Assembly (NCBI GenBank): GCA_043228905.1
Contig: JBHGNT010000022.1
Coordinates: forward strand, 6,014,001-6,078,000
Length of the DNA stretch: 64,000 nt
Origin: Azolla caroliniana
Lineage: Eukaryota > Plantae > Polypodiophyta
Direction of reading: 5' to 3'
Positions 40,201 through 51,686 of the stretch are shown piece after piece. The translations under genes and the position numbers were made by a program. The notes below the pieces were generated by a model that ran no database searches, was not told the origin of the DNA, and saw only the letters and a list, made by a program, of their open reading frames with translations. Numbering within the stretch: position 1 is the stretch's first letter; every line of letters starts with the position of its first letter.

Positions 40201-40525
40201 AACGTAAGGGGAGATAGAAGAGAGAGATGACAAGAGAGAGATTGAGAGAGAGAGAAATGTTCGTTCATATTTCATTCATTCCCCATAAGGGGTTAAATAG
40301 TACAAGAGGCGGTAGATACATAGGGGTGTAAGCCCCCTCGAGCATTCATACTGGACACTCACTCACACCTCCTCGTAACCATCCACATGCACACACGTGT
40401 GCATGTATTCACATACGTATAGACTCACAACTATATTTATACCCCCTACACATACACAACATCATGATAACATTCGACCCTCGCTCATCACACTTGACTC
40501 TCCGTACATCTCGTACGGGGTAACA
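37261..40525 (-). mobile_element. Young non-autonomous LTR element (504-bp LTRs 37261-37764 and 40022-40525)
   Basis: Near-identical LTRs with TG...CA ends; TSD AATAT at 37256-37260 and 40526-40530; no gag/pol motifs inside. Orientation inferred from the TATA-like then CT-rich order on the minus strand. Confidence 0.93.
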
Positions 40526-41307
40526 AATATCGCACTCTGAATGATAAGGAAGCAGTTGATGGAGAAATAGGGCAGAATGTTGACTTCACATATGAGGGAC
40601 TTGGAGATACTTTGAGTGATGTCCTGAACGTTGGGGATAACTTCGCTGTAAATGCTGAAGAAGGCAATTCAGAGGGTGCTGATTTCTATATATTGAAGTG
40701 CACGGTTAGTAAACAGTGTGCAAGGCAGAATATTGTAGATGGATGGGGAAATTTTGTATCTGCCGGGACATTCTACATCGAAGTCATTTTTTATGCAAAA
40801 CTAGATGACTACGAATATGTGTACAGGCTGTTAGAAGACAAACCATCGACGTACATGTACTCTCATTTAGTCAGGTGCATCAACGTCCCAATGTCAGAAT
40901 ACAATAGCTGCTTAGGTTTATACACTATTGGTGTTAATGTGTATGAATGTATTTACAATAGTATGTCATGGAATTTGTAGCTACAAGTAGCAATTACCAT
41001 GTCCTCTTGTAAAACAAACATGTATTTCGCGAAAACAGTTAAATAAATTCGTTTTGAGAATCAATTTCTTGTATACATTCTGCTTTCTATGCTTCTTTCT
41101 CAATAAAATCATGTCTTTTTTGTTAAGTTTTAAGTTATAAGTTATAGCGAAATAGTCATCAGTAGCTAATTAGCTGTCAATAGCTAAATAGTCATCAATA
41201 GCATGAAATCAACAATCTGCAACATATTCCTCAAATTACACAGTAGATAAGTACAGTGGGAACAAGTAATTAAATTCTTCATTGAATAATGTCATCTCTT
41301 TACATAT

Positions 41308-41832
41308 TTATAAACTACCATTGGAAATGTCTACAAATCTCTTATAAACAGCTAAGCTCTTGCTAGTCAGTGGAACGAGTCTACATATATTATCCGCATA
41401 TCGAGCTCGGTATGGAGTCCACAACCATGCACCTAGTTGGTAGCTCACTGTTTGCACCAGGTACTGTTCAGGCATTTCCTCGGGTGGATTGAGACAGCAT
41501 CTCCGAATATTGAAGTAGTGCTGGAAATGTTCTGTATCCAAAATCAATGTGTTGTCGGCATTATATTCAGGCCAAGTAGCCCAAAAATCAGAAAGTCTCT
41601 TGAATTTTGCAGCTTCCATTTGCTCACAATTTTCTCGTGCCCATTGACCTTTAAAATGACTTTGCCATTTTGGGAAGAATCTTGCTAAACACTTCCACAC
41701 ATCTGATTTTGGTTTTTCACTCCAAATAAACAAATCAAAGTATTGCACAACCCACTCTAGAAACTGATTCGCGTCCCTCCTTGGCCGCAGATATCTCACA
41801 CTCATCAAGAATTTATCAAGCTCCAAGATCAA
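41308..41832 (-). CDS. FCP1/NIF-like HAD phosphatase-fold domain with a degenerate catalytic motif (part of the Sola2-like cargo gene)
   Basis: LILELDKFL...LRP...FL...FDLFIWS...KRL...NTLILD pattern resembles NIF domains; the DxDxT motif is not intact. Confidence 0.6.
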   Translation of the reverse strand: MILELDKFLMSVRYLRPRRDANQFLEWVVQYFDLFIWSEKPKSDVWKCLARFFPKWQSHFKGQWARENCEQMEAAKFKRLSDFWATWPEYNADNTLILDTEHFQHYFNIRRCCLNPPEEMPEQYLVQTVSYQLGAWLWTPYRARYADNICRLVPLTSKSLAVYKRFVDISNGSL

Positions 41833-42979
41833 GGCTCTTCTTTCGATTTCTAGTGGTTTAGGTTTCCATTCCTGAAACTAAGCCACTGTTACACCATTTT
41901 CTGGTAGGACACGATCAATCTCAATCGGCTTAGGTTCGGCTGACACAACTGGCGTCCTTTTCCTCTTCAAACCCCTAGTCGACTGTGTTGGGCCTGGCTT
42001 CACATTCTGGTGCTCTTGTTTTGTCGACTTAGTTATCAATCCTTGGATTACCTCGGTGCATGTAGCTACTGATCTGCTCGATATCAGTCCACTGGTATCA
42101 CATGCTGCATCTACCTGCAACACCAAGACATCCGTGCAACATGCTTGATCAACTTGTGTGACCAGATCACTTGTGTCAGTTGCTACATCTACTTTCAAGA
42201 TGGGGTCCTTTAAACATGTTGCAACATCAACAATATCCACACTGCCATTGGCCTTACGAGCAATAGAATCAAACCCTTTAGACTCTTCAACATCAGAAAA
42301 CACCAACATATTCACACTCACAAAGTAACTAACAATCTCACAAAATAACATCCTGAACATCAAAGAGTTTCAGTCATAGAACAACACTCTTCAAATTAGC
42401 TTGGAAAAACATCATAGAGTTCCATTACATAATGTGGATCAAGCAACAACCAATCTGAGGTTTTACTTGTCCAACAGGATAGTAAAACTTCATTAAACCC
42501 TAGCAAAATCCCTAAGCTAACAATCATATCCAACTAAATAGTATTTCGCTCCACTACGTCTCGGCCCCTTGACCGAGTAACTGGTCTTGTTCCCGATCGT
42601 GGCCCCTTCTTTAGCCTTTTTCTGGTCGGTTCCCCATTTAGCCTTGCTTCTTTCACCCAATGCGCAAGTGTGTCCTCCTCGGTGGGGTGGAATCAAGGTC
42701 TTGAGATTCAAAGAAATGTTGCATCAAGTGTTCATAAACACTGTTGTTGTGAACCTCAGTTTTACATGTTGTTTCCACTATTTCATGGCATTTCACATCG
42801 TTGCCTAATTCAATACCCTGTTCCAAAAGAATAGGGTGGAGCTGATTTGAAGGAAATGTGATAGTAGGACTCTTACTTTCAGCCACATTGGCAGCAATAT
42901 CCTCATCTGTTGCAGCGTCATCAGCACCAAACACATCATGTGCCGTCCTTAATACACAAGATTCTACAATAACATGGCA

Positions 42980-44140
42980 GCTATTTAGGATAGCTAATTA
43001 GCTACTTTACTAAACTATGGTAGAAGCTAGGATAGCTAATTAGCTAGTACGATAGCTAATTAGCTACTTTACTCAACTATGGTAGTAGCTAGGATAGCTA
43101 ATTAGCTACTTTACTCAACTATGGTAGTAGCTAGGATAGCTAATTAACTACTTTACTAACTATGGTAGTAGCTAGGATAGCTAATTAGCTACTATGGTAG
43201 CTAATTAGCTACTTTACTCAACTATGGTAATAGCTAGGATAGCTAATTAGCTACTTTACTCAACTATGGTAGTAGCTAGGATAGCTAATTAGCTACTTTA
43301 CTCAACTATGGTAGTAGCTAGGATAGCTAATTAGCTACTTTACTCAACTATGGTAGTAGTTAGGATAGCTAATTAGCTACTTTTCTCAATTATGGTAGTA
43401 GCTAGGATAGCTAATTAGCTACTTTTCTCAACCATGGTAATAGCTAGGATAGCTAAATAGCTACTTTTCTCAACCATGGTAATAGCTAGGATAGCTAATT
43501 AGCTACTTTACACAACTATGGCAGTAGCTAATTAGCTACAATGATAGCTAATTAGCTACTTTCTCAACTATGTAGTAACTAGGATAGCTTATTAGCTACT
43601 AGGATAGCTAATTAGCTGCCAGTAGCTAATTAGCTACTAGGATAGCTTATTAGCTACTTTACACAACTATGGCAGTAACTAATTAGCTACTAGGATAACT
43701 AATTAGTTGCCAGTAGCTAATTAGCTTTTTTACACAACTATGGCACTAGCGAATTAGCTAGTACCATAGCTAATTAGCTACTAGGATAGCTAATTAGCTA
43801 GTAGCTCATTAGCTGCCAGTAGCTAATTAGCTAGTAGGATAGCTAATTAGCTACTTTACACAACTATGGTACTAGCTAATTAGCTATGAGTAGCTAACTA
43901 GCTGCCAGTAGCTAATTAGCTGCCAGTAGGATAGCTAATTAGCTAGTAGCTAACTAGTTGCCACTTAGTTAGTTAGCTACTGTAGTAAACTATGGCAGTA
44001 GCTAATTAGCTAATAGGATAGTTATTAGCTGCTTTAATCAACTATGGTAGTAGCTAAATAGGTACAATGATAGTAGCAAAATAGTTTCCATACTTTTTAC
44101 GGCTTAGCTAATTAGAAAAGACTAAGCTTATTAGCTACAG
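42980..44140. repeat. Second TAGCTAATTAGCTA palindrome array with a ~42-bp higher-order unit
   Basis: Unit GGATAGCTAATTAGCTACTTTACTCAACTATGGTAGTAGCTA repeated many times, then degenerating. Confidence 0.95.
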
Positions 44141-45574
44141 TATGGTATACCTGTTAGTTTTCTCCACTCATTCGGTAGAGTTGTACTTCAATCTCCCAAA
44201 CAGAATGCAGCAATTCGACATGCATGTTGAAAAAACAAAGCAGATGGTATGTGTGGTTGCATGGTTGTAGGTGAACCAACAAAGACGCAGTTTTGTCCTC
44301 CACACCTAACCCGCAAGCGATGCAACGTGCTTGAACTGTCAATAAATCATTTTCTAGTTCTCCTTCATTTGGTAAGGGAGCAAGAATGTTTAGGTCCAAA
44401 TCCTGTCTGGTCCTTACCATTCCCTCGACAAAATGTAGTTGCTTCTTAAGGCAGCTAACTACCTGTTCTTGATGAATGTATTGTTCCTTCAACGCAACAA
44501 AGAAATTTACCGATTAATTATTCCTGTCTGAGAAAGATACACCAACTTTGCTCAGGAATCGTTAACTTACTTGAACCTTTTCCAAATTGTGATCTGCAAC
44601 AGTATTTACACCTAGAAGGTCCAGGTTCTTTGAAAGAACCTGGATCTCTATTTGCAGTTGAATTTTACACTGGGGATCCAATGGCCCCTCTAATTCAAGC
44701 TCCTGTTGCGCAACCTATTCCAGATAATGCTTGATTACCACATTTTACCCTTAAAGTTATTTATAACACAATCACATACCAGCAAAACAATAGTTACCTG
44801 AATCTTATTTCTAATCGTTGTAACAACGGAAGTAACTTTGCTCTCCATTGCAGAAGCCATTATGGCTTTCTCTAAATCAGACTTAAAAAATGCCAATGTC
44901 TCACAGGCTTCATGGACATTTTTTAGCATATAGCTAACCAATGTCTCACATCGACATTGGCTTTCCTTGGGTGTCGGTGTGGTGTATGCCCCCGGTTTTG
45001 CTGGGAGTTGACAGTTGCATCAACAGCTGCCATGCTCCAAAATCTGTCTATTTTTTGTGCCAAGGTCCCCATCTTTCGGCATCTTTTTACCGATGCCTCA
45101 CCATAGACTACCCAAGCTACCCTATACATTTCCGGGTCTTTGGATTCCCTTGCTGTTTTGCAATACTCATATGCAAAGGCTCTAGCAAATGAAACTGACA
45201 ACTCATTGTTGACTAGGATCTCCAGATGAACTTTCTGGTGCACCCTCATGCAGTCATCATACAAGTCGGCTCATACATGCTTCAGCTTGACCTTGCCTTT
45301 AACTCTAGGCACTGTATATACTATCATCCAGTCTACATCACTGATCAATTTATCACTTAGGACAGCAGGGTCAACACCCTCGAGTGACAGACCATAGGTG
45401 TTGTGGAAGTCCTCCTTTGTCTCGCAAACTTTTGCAAAGTTTAGCACTCTCGGATACGGAGGAACGAGCCATCTGAAATATCATTTCAGAAATTAGAAAT
45501 AGTGCAAAATCAAAATATGTCAGAATTAGAAACCCCAATCAACAATAATAGAAATAGTGCAAAATCTTTAACTT

Positions 45575-45975
45575 AGCAAATCAGAAACCCTAATCATAAT
45601 TTGAAATCAGAAACCCTAATCAAAATCTGTGATCAGAAGTTTGAAATCAGAAACCCTAATCAAAATCTGTAATTAGAAGTTTGTAACCAGAAACCCTATT
45701 CAGAAATTCTAATCAGAAATTTATAATCAAAAACCATAATCAGAAATTTCAATCACAAACCCTAATCAGAAATTCTAAATAGAAATTTATAAACAAAAAC
45801 CCTATTCGGAAATTCTAATCTATAATCAAAATTTGTAACCAGAAACCCTATTCAGAAATTCTAATCAGAAATTTATAATCAAAAACCCTAATCAGAAATT
45901 TCAATCACAAACTCTAATCAGAAATTTATAAACAAAAACCCTAATAAGAAATTTCAATCAGAAACCCCAATCATC
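45575..45975. repeat. Degenerate telobox-containing tandem repeat (AGAAACCCTAATC / AGAAATT)
   Basis: Repeated AAACCCTA cores visible directly. Confidence 0.8.
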
Positions 45976-46525
45976 ACTAAAGACAGGATTAAACACAAAA
46001 AAAGTAATATAAACACACCTGCTACTACTCCCCGATCTGTGAGACATCCTTGGATGGGACTCCAAGGACTTCGCCCTATTCGATTTTGGGGAAATATGAA
46101 TCAGCACCAAAGTTCAGACCATAGTCAAAAAGAAAAAACTAATGTTTGGGGTTTCTGTAACTGAAACATACCTGGACGATGATCGAGCGGGTTCTGTGTT
46201 GTAGCTCTCAATCTGCAATGTCGATTTTCTGCTGCTGCGAGAGCTACGTTTGCGTTCGTGCTCTGAGTACTCCATCTGCATTCAAAATCAAACTTAGGCT
46301 AAACAGGCAATTGATGACATTAAAGTAGACCTTAGATGATGGTGCTATTCCCCAAGTCCACTACGTCTGAAACAGAAGTTCAAATATTTGAGTTTTTTCA
46401 TAAATTAGTTTTTGAAATATTTGATTTTCCCACAAAAAAGACTAGCTAAACAAATAGCTAATTAGCTATGGCCATTTTAGTAGCTAATTAGCTATAATAG
46501 TGTTTCCACTTGCATGCTTTTACCC

Positions 46526-47438
46526 GTGTATAGACCTGAAGGACATTAGGAATCTGACCTTTATGGTTTGAAGCTTTAGGTTTGCTGTCGTGCTCTTTCC
46601 GTTGGAGCTTTCGACATTGCTCTTTTGTGTGACCCTTCTTTTTGCAGAATACGCAAAAAGGATGTTGTCGCTTACAATCGCGATCCAGGAATTGGTTGGG
46701 TTTGTTGTGGTCCTTCTTCGAAGTGCGTTGATAGCGAAGAACTATTTCAACGGCCTCTTCGAAGGATTTTGGATCCCTATCGTGCACTATCCAGTGATAG
46801 TCCGAATTGGGGATGCCATTGACAAAACAAGATATCAACCAATTGTCCCCTTCTAGACCTGATTTTTGGATTTGGGTTCTAGCATGGTGAACATAGTCTT
46901 CTAGCGAGGAAAATTTCCTGCTAGAGAGGTTCATTAAAGCTTGTGCTGCCTCGGTTCGAGAGGGAGGTTGCAGAAATTGGCCCTTAAAAACCGTGACAAA
47001 ATCTGTCTAGGTATCAGGCAATTTCCCCATAGTACGGAGCCCACGTCACCAAGCGGTGGCCATACCCCCAAGTTCTTGGCCGACATAAGCAATCTTTGTA
47101 CTATCTGGCGTGGGTTAGAGCTCAAAATGAGACTGCCATCGTCCCAGCCATGTGCAGATTGCTTCTTCAGTTCTTTCCTTTTTGTCTCCCGTAAATGGCT
47201 TAACGACAAATGATGTTTCACCTTGCCGCTCATCAGGTGTATTAGTCTCACATTGTAGACTAATGACACGTGCCTCAAGAGCACTCTGAGATTGCCGAAG
47301 TTCGGTCATTTGTTGTGTGGTGAAACTAAGGTATTGGCTTATTTGTGCGAAACACATCTCAATGGACATTTGTCTAGGAGGATTCCCTTGAGTTCCTTCC
47401 GCTTGAGCAGATGACATCGGGTCGTTAATTTGAGCCAT
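46526..47438 (-). pseudogene. Gypsy gag (frameshifted) with CCHC knuckle, cut by the Sola2-like insertion
   Basis: ORFs 47115-47438 and 46488-46934; CVFCKKKGHTKEQC; lies downstream of the PBS and a ~1.7-kb leader. Confidence 0.88.
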
Positions 47439-49559
47439 TAAAGATTATTTCTGTAAAAGAAATAGGATAAGGTCAGAGAGATAGTCATAACATCATGTCG
47501 TGATGTAAACATATCATGGGCAAACATTAATCGATATCATGATCTCATGTCAATACCCCTCTAGACGTATGAGATGAGGTTCAAGATCAGGTTACTATGG
47601 TAACACAAAGGTGTTTTAAAAACCATGGGGGTGACAATTTAATGTCTTTCCCTGATCTCTATATCGATTTTTTCATGGCGGCTCCCCGAGGCTCAACCAT
47701 GTATGTTCGCGTCATGAGTAGTTTATACACGAAAAAAATGTTAACAATAAACTATGTTTCTTTGCCCACATATGTGGTTTCGTCTCTTTAAGTCCTATTA
47801 CGAGGACCCCGAGGTGCACTTAGACCTTAAGTCTAAACATGTGTTATAGTCATATGTATCAAGGATGTTGTATGGTCTTGGTCATATTTGAACTCGAGAC
47901 CTCGAGAACAAATACATTAAACACTTGAGCCAACCAAGTAAGTTGCTCTTCTCGAATGCTTAATGTTTGATGTGTATAAGAGATATGCGAGGCATTTGTT
48001 CATATATGTTTTTTTTTAAAAGAAGATATATGTCAAGGGTTCTTATTTCGCCCTCATTTACCAAAACTATGTTGGTACGTTACCTAACCTCAAGTCTCGT
48101 AATTACGATGGCATACGCCAAAGTGCAACCTTATGGTCAAGCCAAATGAGCCCTCTTTTCGTAGTAGGTCCACGTGGCCCATCACATGGTCACGTCATTA
48201 CGAATGCCTCTCATAAGAACGAGCTCATGGTGGCATCGTATCCATGTAATGAGGGAGGGATGTTCGATACGTGTGTCATTGGAGTGACCTCACTTGAAGT
48301 GGGTCAAGCCCTACGTACTCAACATCATTATGGCTATAGGCGTTTCTTTACGTAACGAAATCGAGGTCATCAACGGGGTTGTCAACAATAAAAAATTGTT
48401 GAAAAAGGGATGGCGACAACGCCATTCTCACAAAAATGTGAGGATGGCCACCAACATCCTTTTCCCGACAAGGACAACTTTCGATATAATCACGTAATAA
48501 CGAATATACACATATGTTTACTTATCACATATATACGATCAAATACGTATATACGTGACCACATATACCTATATTAAACATATCGTTATATTAAATAGCC
48601 ACAAATGATGTGATCGAGATACGTAATCGAGCTATATACCTCTACGCACACAAAACATCCACAAATAAGAGATCATCGTAATACGTAATTGAGGTATTGA
48701 CCTCTTACGTATACGAGACCAAACGCATATCCTTTACAACAAATCAAGGTATTAAACTCATACGCAAACGTAACATATGTTCGTGAACGTAATACGTAAT
48801 TGAGGTATTAACCTCGTACGCATACGACACTCATCACATATTATTTATATGTCAAACGAAGTATTGACCTCGTGCACATATGTAAACGTTTTAGATAATC
48901 AATTAAAGACCACTACAACATCATCGACTTAATGAAAAAAAATGACATATAAACTAAACACATGATTAGATGGGAGAAGAGAGAATGAAAAAAAAAAATT
49001 ACGGAAACAATTACCGAAGTTCTTTGTTGATCGTTGTCTGGATCAAGGCCGACCGCACATCGATCGATCACCATCAATCAAAAGACAAAAGACAAACAAA
49101 GAAACATTAGTACATAGCTCTGATACCAAATATTAGAGATCGGGGTACTAAAGTAAGCGTAAGATAAGGATAAAGTAATGATAGATAGAAAGGAGAAAGA
49201 GAAAGAAGGGTGCCGATCCACCCGACCACCCCCGAGCGAAGGGATCGAGACGGACTCGAGCCTTGATCAGTGTTCCATACCACCGCCGTGGCGTCGAGTC
49301 GTAGCTGGTGTTGGCGCGCTCGCTACAAGAGTTGACCCACCACAAGAGCAGAGTCTCGATGTAGTCAAAAGATGATCAAATGAGGGTAGCTAGGCCTCTT
49401 ATTTATAGCGATACCCAAGGCCCCCAGGCAAGTTCACACTTGACCTAATGGGTTGTCTCAATCCCAAGGATTAAAAGTAATCCTCCCCTTCTTTACACTC
49501 TCGTTTAACCCTCACACTTATCCACGTGTATAGAATACTACGGTAAATTCTCACCACGG

Positions 49560-50453
49560 TGTCATGCCTTACGGCTCCGGATCGTTGCGTGAGTCGGGTG
49601 GGAACCGTTGGGGTTTTGGACTAGGAGGAAAGAAAATTCTAAGGCAATTAAGAATATGAAATAAATTGTAAGAAAGAAAGATATGAAAAACTCATGAATC
49701 CCACGAGTATAGTGTATTAGTGAGTACTCAAATTAAGAGAGGAAAATAGTTAGCAAAACTCGTGGATCCCACGATTATATTATATTAATCAACCCTTGTA
49801 AAATAATCAACAACCTCTATACATCTTTCTCTCTTCCTTATATAGTGTTGGAAGAGTCTAAGTTTATCACATGCAAGCATCATGCTTTTCCTATTTTTAG
49901 TTTTCATGCACACTGCATGTGCATGATTAGCTTTCTATCTCATCTTTTCTTTTAACTCGAGTGTCTATGCATGAATAACTTTTTGTACCATGCATGTCTA
50001 GAAATTTTACATGGGATAAAGTTTAGTATAACTTTAAAATTCATAATACACTAGTATAATGATAAGGCTTAACATTATTAACATGGAGCTGCAAGGTTTG
50101 ATTCTTGACCTATGCATGTAATATATAATTTTATACTTTCTTTGATTTACAAATATGTCTCTTCATCTGGTGAGCGACTCTCACCAGCCTTCTTCATCCG
50201 GCTCTTGCCGGTTCTGCTTCATCCAGTTCTCGCTGGTTTTCTTTATCTGGTTTTTACCGAATCCTTCTTACCGGTCCTCTTCGTCCGTTTCTCACCGACT
50301 CTCACCGGCCTTCTCCATCCGGCTCTTGCCGGTCTCCTTACCGGTTTCGGTCCTCACCGGTTCTTCCTTCCGGTTCACACTGGGTACTCCATATCCTATC
50401 CGGAGAAACCAAAAATGTAATTTTTCATGTAGTGTGCTAATTACACTACGACA
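49560..50453. mobile_element. Probable solo LTR inserted in the Gypsy 5' LTR
   Basis: TGTC...GACA ends; 4-bp TSD ACGG (49556-49559, 50454-50457); absent from the 3' LTR at about 8461. Confidence 0.85.
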
Positions 50454-50515
50454 ACGGGATATTAAATGGTCATGCCCGTAACAATATGGAACCTTAAGTT
50501 GAGCTTGAGGGGGCG

Positions 50516-51686
50516 TGTTGAGAGACAAGCTCAACATTGGGTGCGTAAACGGGTGCGTTGTTGTAGTGTATTTCGTACACTACGTGAAAAACATATAGAG
50601 TACTAGATTCAATAAATATGAAGAAATAAAAGAAAATATATATTACATGCATAGGGCAAGATTCGAACCTTATACCTCCATGTTAATAATATAAAGCTTT
50701 ACCAATACACTAACATATCATTAGTGTGTAAAAAAGTAGATGTCCCACATACAAAGGTAAGTTCACGCTAGGATAAACTTTAGTTAAAAGAAAAAATCAT
50801 GATAAAAGAAAAAGTTACACATGCATGAACACTATAGTCGATAAAAAAAAATGCATGAGGTTAGAAAAAGCATGTTAGAGAAAGCATATCATCTATAGAT
50901 AGAAAAACATGGAGTTGATAGTTAGAAAAGAAAGCATGGATTCCTAAGACTCTCTCATCACTATATAAGGATGGGGAGCACAATGTAATTGGGGGGAGAA
51001 AAATAAATAATGGGGTGATTATTAGGGTCCAAATATAGATTAATACAATACTCGTGGGATTCACGAGGTTTTTGATCTCTCTTTTCCAATCTATTCCTAT
51101 CGATTCCAAAGTATAATTAGGGTTAAATATTAATAAAAGTAAAAAACTATATTCATGGCATTCACGAATTTCTATCTATCTTTCTTATAATCGATTCATA
51201 TTCATAACTAAACTCGTCTCAAATTCTTCCTCCTCCTAGTCCAAAACCCCAGCGGTTCCCACCCAACTCATGCAACGATACGGCGCCGAAAGGCACAACA
51301 ACGTAACCCACTGTGTAGACTGGGTGCGTTAAACCGTACGCAAAATATGGTCCTGGCGGTTTTTAAACCGAAAGGCCGTTACAACATTATTCCTCGCAAG
51401 GAATAGTTTTGAGAGTTAGTGTAGAAGGCTCATTTATGAGCAGTCAAGTACTATTAGTACTTGTGTCAGCCCGATAGTCAGGGCTTGTATAAAAGGTGCT
51501 CACTAAGCACGAAATATGTACAAAGAACATACAGAGAATTATTTTTTAATATAGTTTTTTATTTTCTGCTCACTCTGTCTCTCCCTCTCCTTCTCTATGA
51601 TTTCTGCATTTTATCGAACTGTCGTACTTCCGAACCGTGTAGTTTGTGCTCTTACGCATACGCTTCCGCAAACATATTCTTTTACA
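50516..51686 (+). mobile_element. 3' LTR of the plus-strand Copia (interrupted 50559-51300)
   Basis: PPT GAGGGGGCG then TGTTGAGAGACAAGCTCAACA; ends ...TTTTACA; ends resemble the reverse complement of LTR 6036-6468. Confidence 0.75.
50559..51300. mobile_element. Second, inverted member of the 49560-50453 solo-LTR family
   Basis: Both termini are reverse-complement homologues of those of 49560-50453; flanks GCGT/ACGT (4 bp, 1 mismatch). Confidence 0.8.

Larger units (their letters stand above)
12785..40980 (+). pseudogene. Sola2-type DDD transposase in pieces: 12785-13534, intron, 14301-14471, 36031-37260, 40531-40980
   Basis: GT/AG intron 13535-14300; motifs TCCCIYH, C-rich region, DFAENY, WSDxxASQFK, GHGKGEHDGAGAVIKR, CFCFHC; split by two nested insertions. 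Confidence 0.8.
41308..46270 (-). pseudogene. Multi-exon accessory gene remnant in the Sola2-like element (unknown N-terminal domain, RING-like region 44154-44492, NIF-like C-terminus)
   Basis: Series of minus-strand ORFs with splice-like borders; CIAC...PCNHTYHLLC. Exon structure not fully resolved. Confidence 0.5.
11944..46525 (+). mobile_element. Large Sola2-like DNA transposon (25-bp TIR, 4-bp TSD)
   Basis: Left TIR GGGTGAAAGCATGCGAGTGGAAACA (11944); right TIR reverse complement GGGTAAAAGCATGCAAGTGGAAACA (ends 46525); TSD GTGT at 11940-11943 and 46526-46529. Boundaries are solid; the family label rests on motifs. Confidence 0.85.
8036..50483 (-). mobile_element. Ty3/Gypsy chromovirus with both LTRs, expanded to 42.4 kb by nested insertions
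   Basis: 3' LTR 8036-8490 matches 5' LTR 49131-50483 (interrupted 49560-50453); TSD ATATG at 8031-8035 and 50484-50488; PBS 49117-49128; PPT complement next to 8490. Confidence 0.95.

Noticed and set aside
42980-44140. CRISPR-like appearance of palindromic repeats with spacers (also 13680-14285)
   Set aside because: Spacers are short and themselves repeated, there are no cas genes, and the context is a eukaryotic transposon.
45575-45975. Interstitial telomere array
   Set aside because: AAACCCTA cores are isolated within longer units rather than tandem 7-mers.
49560-50453. Helitron (because of the subterminal hairpin)
   Set aside because: Ends are TG...CA with a TSD, not TC...CTRR without one.
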